Shown: one piece after another, positions 58,271 to 64,000 of the stretch | Numbering within the stretch: the stretch's first letter is position 1 | How the letters are laid out: each line of letters begins with the position of its first letter | Origin: a virus | Direction: 5' to 3' (one strand) | IMG/VR virus record: IMGVR_UViG_2919361683_000002 | Span: 17,711 to 81,710 of that record | Length of the DNA stretch: 64,000 nucleotides | The notes under the pieces: model-generated | Database searches by the model: none | The model's input: the letters and a program-made list of their open reading frames with translations, nothing else | What the model was told of the DNA's origin: nothing | Program-made: the position numbers and the translations under genes

Positions 58271-58470
58271 TAGATTAGTAACGATTAACTGGGTGTATAT
58301 TGCCCAGTTTTTTTCTTTGTTTAATTCCTAAATATAAAAATAATTAAATATTGTAATCAATAATTATGTGTGATATAATAAACCTAACAAAAAGAAACGG
58401 CGTATTGTAACCAGTAACACCGTAATGTAAGGGGTAAAACAACGATTTTATTCAGAAATGGAGAGATACT

Positions 58471-58836
58471 ATGAAGCTTGAAAAGTGGATTGGAGAAAAA
58501 GATGATACAAGCGGAAGTTATTATGAGATAGGAACCAAGGAACTAACATTACGGAAAGGTGGAAGAATTAACGCGAAAAAGTTGTATTGTTTTAACAGTC
58601 GTTTTGGTGAAACCTACTACATAACAGATACAGAAGTCATTAATGAAATAGAATTGTTGTTAAAGAATGAAACAAAGTTGATTGATTATTTGTACGGACT
58701 GGTAATTAGAGAATTCGGAGCAATTGAATTCATTGTCAGGATAGGACACAAGATTGCCGAAGAGCGCGAGAAAGGCTATCAAAACGGTAAGTTTGCAAAG
58801 CAAAAAGAGATAGTTGAAGTATTGGGATTGAAATAA
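58471..58836 (+). CDS. Hypothetical protein
   Basis: Between sites 58435 and 58844. Confidence 0.8.
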   Translation: MKLEKWIGEKDDTSGSYYEIGTKELTLRKGGRINAKKLYCFNSRFGETYYITDTEVINEIELLLKNETKLIDYLYGLVIREFGAIEFIVRIGHKIAEEREKGYQNGKFAKQKEIVEVLGLK

Positions 58837-58880
58837 TAGTCAGTAAAAACAGTATTTCATCTTGAAAGGGAGAATGAGAA

Positions 58881-59216
58881 ATGATAAATGAAGATCGGAT
58901 TGTATTTGGAATGGGAACTATTCTTGTGGGTACATATGCCCTTACTTTGGAATTGATGCATATCGATCCTTCAGCGGTCATTGGTGAACCAATAAGTAAG
59001 GATTTCAGCGATTCAATGAAGGTTTTAAAGAAAGCCACTTTCAAAAAAATGCTTAGCTTAGCGGATAAACTGAGCCAAGTATCAGAAGGAAACTCAACGT
59101 TTGAGCATGAAGGATATATATTCGACTTCACCAACTACAACGAAAAATCTAGTGAAGCAGTTTTAAAAGGAGTAAGATTTATTGTTGCTCAAAAGCAGAT
59201 TGAGCTGGCATGTTAA
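58881..59216 (+). CDS. Hypothetical protein
   Basis: Between sites 58844 and 59223. Confidence 0.8.
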   Translation: MINEDRIVFGMGTILVGTYALTLELMHIDPSAVIGEPISKDFSDSMKVLKKATFKKMLSLADKLSQVSEGNSTFEHEGYIFDFTNYNEKSSEAVLKGVRFIVAQKQIELAC

Positions 59217-59252
59217 TTCAAATAAAAGCAGGATTTTACATAGATCGGGGGA

Positions 59253-59702
59253 GTGATATTTTTGAAACCAATTGATTTGTATTATAGGGCATTTGCAAGC
59301 AAACATAATACCTTGGGACAACTAAAGGGATTCTATTATGATCATTTGCCAGAGATTGAAGATGATTTATGGGGAATTGAAGAAGAAAAGAATGAAAAGG
59401 TGACAATTCGAGAATATAAAAATTTTGATTTTGATGGTAGACGTTATTGGTTGCTCGCTTCAGTTTGGTTTGAGAATTCTCCAGTTATGATTATTCAAAA
59501 CGCTGGTCGAGAGGGAGATGATCACAGGCGGCGTTTTATAACTGACAAAGAAAAATATAAGGAGATGATTAAGTATATTCATACTTTACTCGAAACAGAT
59601 AGTGAGGTTGCGGATTGTTATGATCCTAATGACGATATTCCAGATTTAGATAGTTTCTATGGTCATACGCTAGACGGTACTTTTAAAAGACACTATTCAT
59701 AA
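59253..59702 (+). CDS. Hypothetical protein
   Basis: Between sites 59223 and 59700; stop in the site. Confidence 0.8.
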   Translation: MIFLKPIDLYYRAFASKHNTLGQLKGFYYDHLPEIEDDLWGIEEEKNEKVTIREYKNFDFDGRRYWLLASVWFENSPVMIIQNAGREGDDHRRRFITDKEKYKEMIKYIHTLLETDSEVADCYDPNDDIPDLDSFYGHTLDGTFKRHYS

Positions 59703-59736
59703 AACAGTTATTTTACCTGAAAGGAATGAATGTGCT

Positions 59737-59925
59737 GTGACGTATATAGAAGAGTTAGATGAAATTTGGAACAAAGCATTAAAGCAAACCCCATGTTCAT
59801 GCAAGAATGATGACAAGTGGGAGCAGGATGTTTCGGGGCGTATAAAATGTTCTAGATGTGAACAGATAGTGACTGAGAACAAAACAGGAACGCTTCTAAG
59901 AGAAATCAAAAGAATTAGAAAATAA
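59737..59925 (+). CDS. Small Zn-ribbon protein
   Basis: CSC...CSRC; AAAGGA RBS. Confidence 0.65.
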   Translation: MTYIEELDEIWNKALKQTPCSCKNDDKWEQDVSGRIKCSRCEQIVTENKTGTLLREIKRIRK

Positions 59926-59951
59926 ATATAATCAACTGGAGATGAATACAT

Positions 59952-62351
59952 ATGACAACACATCACGATATCGAATTATATCCGCACAATCAAGAGACAT
60001 ATGACAAGGTTATTGAAGCATGGAAGACGCAGGATCGTGTATCAACCGTACAGGCTACAGGTACAGGTAAGACATTTCTTATATTGAAATGCCTGTTTAC
60101 ATATCCAGATGTAAATAAGGTTGTGCTGGCTCCATCCAACCATATTCTGAATCAGTTAGCGAGTAGGGTAGATGAGCTACCTAATACAACATTGCTAACT
60201 TATACTGAATTATCATTTATGAGTGAGGAAGGTATTCAGCAGTTGAACGTAAGTATGATTGTTCTGGACGAATTTCATCGTTGCGGCGCTGAAAAATGGG
60301 GAGAAGGTGTAAACAAACTTATTGCAGCTTATCCAGATGTTAAATTATTGGGTACTACTGCTACGCCAATCCGCTACCTAGATGATGAACGTGACATGTC
60401 CGATGAATTGTTTGATGGTAATGTTGTAACAAATCTTAGTTTGACCGAAGCAATCGTTAAAGGTATTTTACCTATGCCTAAATATGTGTCGGCATTGTAT
60501 ACATTTGACGAAGAGATTATGAATCTAAAAGATAAGATTGATAAATCCAGCAATAGTGATGAAGAAAAGGAAAGTTTACACAAGGAGGTTGAACAACTAA
60601 GAAAGAAACTAGACAAAAGCAAAGGCATCCCTGTCATCTTGAAAAAATATCTGGGCGACAGTACAGGAAAGTTTATTGTGTTTTGTAGAAATAAAAAGCA
60701 TCTAATAGAGATGCAAAGTATAGTTAAAGGTTGGTTTAAAAAGGCTAAGTTAGGTAAGGGTGTTGATTTATATAGTGTCTATACAGGAAAAATTGAAAGC
60801 GAAAATAATAAAGCAATTGAAAAGTTTGTTTCAAATAAAAATAATAATAGTATTAGATTGCTTTTTACTATTGATATGTTAAATGAAGGCTTGCATGTTG
60901 AAGATGTTGATGGAGTAATTTGCCTAAGACCTACTATATCACCAATTATTTATTATCAGCAAATTGGACGTGCATTGCAGATTGGCAGCAAAGAACCTTT
61001 TGTATTCGACTTCGTTAATAATTTCAACAATCTAGGTGGCAGTACATTTGGTAACGACTTACGAGAAGCAGTAGAAAAAGAGAATGAGATGCGACGAAGT
61101 GCTGAGGGTGAAATTGAATTAAATTTGGAAGATTTTATTGTATATGATGAAATTCATGAAGGGTTAAATTTGTTTAAAAATATCGAAAATCAACTAAGAA
61201 ATAATTGGAGCCAAATGTTTAGTCGTTATTGTAAAGGTGAAGATAGTGTTGAAATTAAGAGGTGGGCAATCAATCAAAGAAGTCTCTATAATGCAAATCA
61301 ATTGACCCAAAATAAAATTGACCAATTAAATAGTGTCGGTTTCATATGGAATAATATGCTCGATCATACATGGAATTTCAACTATGAACTGTATAGGAGC
61401 ATAAAAGAAAAGTTTAGTTGTTATAATCTACCTAATAATTATGTAGTTGATGGACATAAAATCGGACTATGGCAACAAATACAAAGACGGTGTTATAAAC
61501 AAGGTAAACTATCTCAGAATCGTATCGATAAGCTAAACCAAATCAATTTTGTTTGGGATGTAGTTGATTCTAGGTGGGATAAAATGTTTCAAAGGTGTGC
61601 TATGGGAGACAGAAACGAACAGGTAAGAGTTTGGGAAGTCACTCAAAGAATGAATTATAAAAATGGTTTATTAGATAAACATAAAATCAAAAAATTAAAA
61701 TCTATAAATTTTAATTGGAACCCGATGGATTCCAAATGGGATGAAATGTTTGAATGTTATTCTAATGGTGAACACAGTAAAGAGGTGAAGACTTGGACAG
61801 TATTACAAAGAGTTAATTACAAAAAAGGTATACTAGATGAAGATCGGATCGACAAACTTAATAATATAGGATTTGTATGGGATACAAAAAATGAATCATG
61901 GAATCGAAATTATGAACTATATATAAATTATATAAAAGAAAATGGTGGTTATACCGTTCCCAAAGAATTAATCATTAATGGAATAAGACTTAATCATTGG
62001 GTCAAACGACAACGTCGTATATTTACAAAGGGAGAATTATCACAAGAAAAGACAGATAAACTTAATGCAATTGGCTTTCAGTGGGAACCTATAGGTACAC
62101 AATGGGATGAATATTATAAATTGCTTTGCAAATATAAATATGAGAATAATCAAACCGATGTACCCCAAAAATATGAGTTATGTGGTGTGAAACTTGGAAG
62201 GTGGGTACATCATCAACGCCAATATCGTAAAAATGGAAAGCTCTCACAAGAAAGAATAGATAAACTAGATGAGATAGGTTTCCAGTGGGAAGGCATAAGG
62301 AAAAACGCAAAAGATAGCCAAGTTAGCTTCAAAGACGAAAAAATACTGTAA
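59952..62351 (+). CDS. Superfamily 2 (ResIII-like) helicase with C-terminal helicase-associated (HA) repeats
   Basis: ATGTGKT, LDEFH, TATP, NEGLH, QQIGRAL; about six W..QR....G.L...RIDKL..IGF.W repeats. Confidence 0.92.
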   Translation: MTTHHDIELYPHNQETYDKVIEAWKTQDRVSTVQATGTGKTFLILKCLFTYPDVNKVVLAPSNHILNQLASRVDELPNTTLLTYTELSFMSEEGIQQLNVSMIVLDEFHRCGAEKWGEGVNKLIAAYPDVKLLGTTATPIRYLDDERDMSDELFDGNVVTNLSLTEAIVKGILPMPKYVSALYTFDEEIMNLKDKIDKSSNSDEEKESLHKEVEQLRKKLDKSKGIPVILKKYLGDSTGKFIVFCRNKKHLIEMQSIVKGWFKKAKLGKGVDLYSVYTGKIESENNKAIEKFVSNKNNNSIRLLFTIDMLNEGLHVEDVDGVICLRPTISPIIYYQQIGRALQIGSKEPFVFDFVNNFNNLGGSTFGNDLREAVEKENEMRRSAEGEIELNLEDFIVYDEIHEGLNLFKNIENQLRNNWSQMFSRYCKGEDSVEIKRWAINQRSLYNANQLTQNKIDQLNSVGFIWNNMLDHTWNFNYELYRSIKEKFSCYNLPNNYVVDGHKIGLWQQIQRRCYKQGKLSQNRIDKLNQINFVWDVVDSRWDKMFQRCAMGDRNEQVRVWEVTQRMNYKNGLLDKHKIKKLKSINFNWNPMDSKWDEMFECYSNGEHSKEVKTWTVLQRVNYKKGILDEDRIDKLNNIGFVWDTKNESWNRNYELYINYIKENGGYTVPKELIINGIRLNHWVKRQRRIFTKGELSQEKTDKLNAIGFQWEPIGTQWDEYYKLLCKYKYENNQTDVPQKYELCGVKLGRWVHHQRQYRKNGKLSQERIDKLDEIGFQWEGIRKNAKDSQVSFKDEKIL

Positions 62352-62422
62352 ACTCGATGTTGATTTTTTCGAATATACATAATAAAAACGGACTTTTATT
62401 AATACATAGGGAGACAGGAATT

Positions 62423-62767
62423 ATGAAAATTTTAATTTTTCAACTACCAATGGTGGCTGTTTATCAAAGTATGTTTAATCTGCAACTTCAAGAAGATATA
62501 ATTCCAATTGAAGTTGGATATATAACCCTTGATGCATTTGATCGAAATGAGTGTTGGCACTTAGGGAATTGGACTGCATGGACAGATGAGAAACCTCAGA
62601 ATTTACATTACGAAGGAAGAAGTTTTTCTAGTGATGTAATATTTCTTGATCCAATTAAAAATAGGTATCACTGTGCTTTACCATTTGGATGGTATGAAGC
62701 AAATACTCTACAAGAAATAATTGATTATATAAAAACTTATAAGCTTGGACAAGAGCTGATTAAATAA
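62423..62767 (+). CDS. Hypothetical protein (likely start MKILIFQ)
   Basis: AGGGAG/AGGA RBS after site 62383. Confidence 0.7.
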   Translation: MKILIFQLPMVAVYQSMFNLQLQEDIIPIEVGYITLDAFDRNECWHLGNWTAWTDEKPQNLHYEGRSFSSDVIFLDPIKNRYHCALPFGWYEANTLQEIIDYIKTYKLGQELIK

Positions 62768-62811
62768 AAGAGCGTGTAAAGAACAAATTTTTCAAAGAAA
62801 GGGATAGTAAA

Positions 62812-63189
62812 TTGAATCAATCTAAAGTCAAAACAATCCGTCCTACAGTAGCACGTCTAGATCCAGAAGGGTATAACAGAGTCGTCGAATATGCTTCCAG
62901 TACAGAGAAAACAAAAAGCGTGGGAATGGATCGTATGCGAGAAATGATGAAACAACACAAATCATCAAAATTGCAAGTAGCCAACGAAAACGATTATATT
63001 AAACTGTCAGGCAGACCACAATTAAAATATACTCACAGTACAGATGGGGCTAAGTATTCTTCTCCATATGACTTAGAGGTGCGACTCGTAAATAATGATA
63101 TTGCCATAAAGACTGACTTTGATGTTGATATTGTTTTCACATTTGATGAAATCGACTCATTATATAAGTTTAAAGAACAATTGATATAA
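62812..63189 (+). CDS. Hypothetical protein
   Basis: AAAGGGA RBS, TTG start. Confidence 0.7.
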   Translation: MNQSKVKTIRPTVARLDPEGYNRVVEYASSTEKTKSVGMDRMREMMKQHKSSKLQVANENDYIKLSGRPQLKYTHSTDGAKYSSPYDLEVRLVNNDIAIKTDFDVDIVFTFDEIDSLYKFKEQLI

Positions 63190-63369
63190 ATACGAATAAC
63201 ACTGATAAAAAAGCCACTATGCATGATATCTACTATATCAACAGTACAGAAACCGACAAGGAAATAATGAAGCGTGTTCAAAGTGAACTAAAAAATCACG
63301 TAAGATCAAAGAAGAGACGATAAAAGTTGAATTTTACAATGTAAAATACATAAGGAGTGGTGAGTATAT

Positions 63370-63609
63370 ATGAATCCTCAAGCTATGCAAGAAGCTATAA
63401 TATTGATGGAAAAGGCAAGGAAGTATGACGAATTAATCGCTTTTCCAGAAAGAAACTATGAATTACATTGTTCATTTTGTGGGAAAAGTCAAGATCAAGT
63501 GAATAGAATGGTGGCAGCGAAGAATGTCTGTATTTGCAATGAATGTATTGGAGTGTGTGTAGAAATTATTGCTGAAGATGAGCACAAAGGAGTCAGTGCT
63601 AATGAATAA
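63370..63609 (+). CDS. Stand-alone ClpX C4-type zinc-binding domain protein
   Basis: [14 protein letters not shown]...[12 protein letters not shown]. Confidence 0.88.
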   Translation: MNPQAMQEAIILMEKARKYDELIAFPERNYELHCSFCGKSQDQVNRMVAAKNVCICNECIGVCVEIIAEDEHKGVSANE

Positions 63610-63832
63610 GCAGTGGTATGCAAAAAGGATTATTCTTATAAGTGTGGCGATCTATGCAATTCTGTCAATTGGAATTTCAATAACAAGTTTGGGTGTGGCT
63701 GTTAAGATGTTGACTATTTTACTTGGACTAGCAGCAGTACATAGTGTACTTGTATTGAATTTGTATCTTAGTACTAGAACAACTAAGAATAAAAAGTCTA
63801 TTAAATTAGCTGATATGACAGAGAGGGTCTAG
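63602..63832 (+). CDS. Small 2-TM membrane protein (likely start MNKQWY)
   Basis: AAGGAG RBS; hydrophobic segments. Confidence 0.65.
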   Translation: MNKQWYAKRIILISVAIYAILSIGISITSLGVAVKMLTILLGLAAVHSVLVLNLYLSTRTTKNKKSIKLADMTERV

Positions 63833-63877
63833 CAGGGTGAGCTTGCCTGACTTAAATCTAAGAGGAGAAATATATAA

Positions 63878-64000
63878 TTGGAGAATAATTTTCAAGTAGT
63901 TGAACAAAAGTTGGTAGAGTTTAATGGATCTGAGTTGTTGGGAATCAAAGCAGATGACGGTAAGATTTATGTGGGTGTTCGATGGGTTTGTGAAGGAGTG
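63878..64000 (+). CDS. Phage antirepressor N-terminal (P22_AR_N-like), truncated by window end
   Basis: GAGGAG RBS; (M)ENNFQVVEQKLVEFNGSELLGIKADDGKIYVGVRWVCEGV. Confidence 0.75.
   Translation, partial: MENNFQVVEQKLVEFNGSELLGIKADDGKIYVGVRWVCEGV

Larger units (their letters stand above)
52604..63336. repeat. Dispersed TAAAA-N6-TTTTA sites at gene boundaries
   Basis: Perfect copies start at 52604, 53082, 53396, 53593, 54129, 55905, 58435, 59223, 59700, 62383, 63321; degenerate at 54872, 55269, 58844. Confidence 0.85.
1..64000. mobile_element. SPbeta-like temperate phage/prophage (internal segment, both ends outside window)
   Basis: YonO-type RNAP, HU, terminase-portal-protease-capsid-tail-TMP order matching the SPbeta yon/yom cluster; divergent early region of short genes; no housekeeping genes. 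Confidence 0.93.

Noticed and set aside
52604-63336. Classical integron attC sites or terminators
   Set aside because: No GTTRRRY/RYYYAAC cores or long attC hairpins; arms are AT-only and too weak for terminators
42568-64000. Arbitrium aimR-aimP-aimX
   Set aside because: No HTH-TPR receptor or adjacent pro-peptide gene in the window

Overview
The whole window is the interior of a large SPbeta-like temperate phage/prophage of a low-GC spore-forming Bacillales host (Paenibacillus-like, by inference); no host genes or att ends are recognisable. Left arm (minus strand, ~6.9-42.4 kb): late module with YonO-type single-subunit RNA polymerase, HU, phosphoesterase, terminase, portal, protease/scaffold, major capsid, connectors, major tail, three glycosyltransferases, a YomM-like tyrosine recombinase, a 2364-aa tape measure with NlpC/P60 and SLT domains and a large tail protein. 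It is followed by a ~6.7 kb accessory island (RNase-H-fold protein + Ser/Thr kinase, secreted ankyrin protein, RHH + Zn-finger endonuclease, type I TA). Right arm (plus strand, 42.6-64 kb): second tyrosine recombinase, Rep-like protein with iterons, YonT-like type I TA, a parS-like site and many short early genes. The most striking unexplained signal is a family of intergenic TAAAA-N6-TTTTA sites (14 perfect copies found by eye, all with different spacers, 11-6-11 dif-like arms). They sit at gene boundaries, often supply the stop codon, and bracket the YomM-like recombinase: a candidate phage-borne, integron-like gene-cassette system. Other highlights are possible virion glycosylation and a ~230-nt structured non-coding segment downstream of HU. 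All family calls come from recalled motifs and synteny, not database searches.
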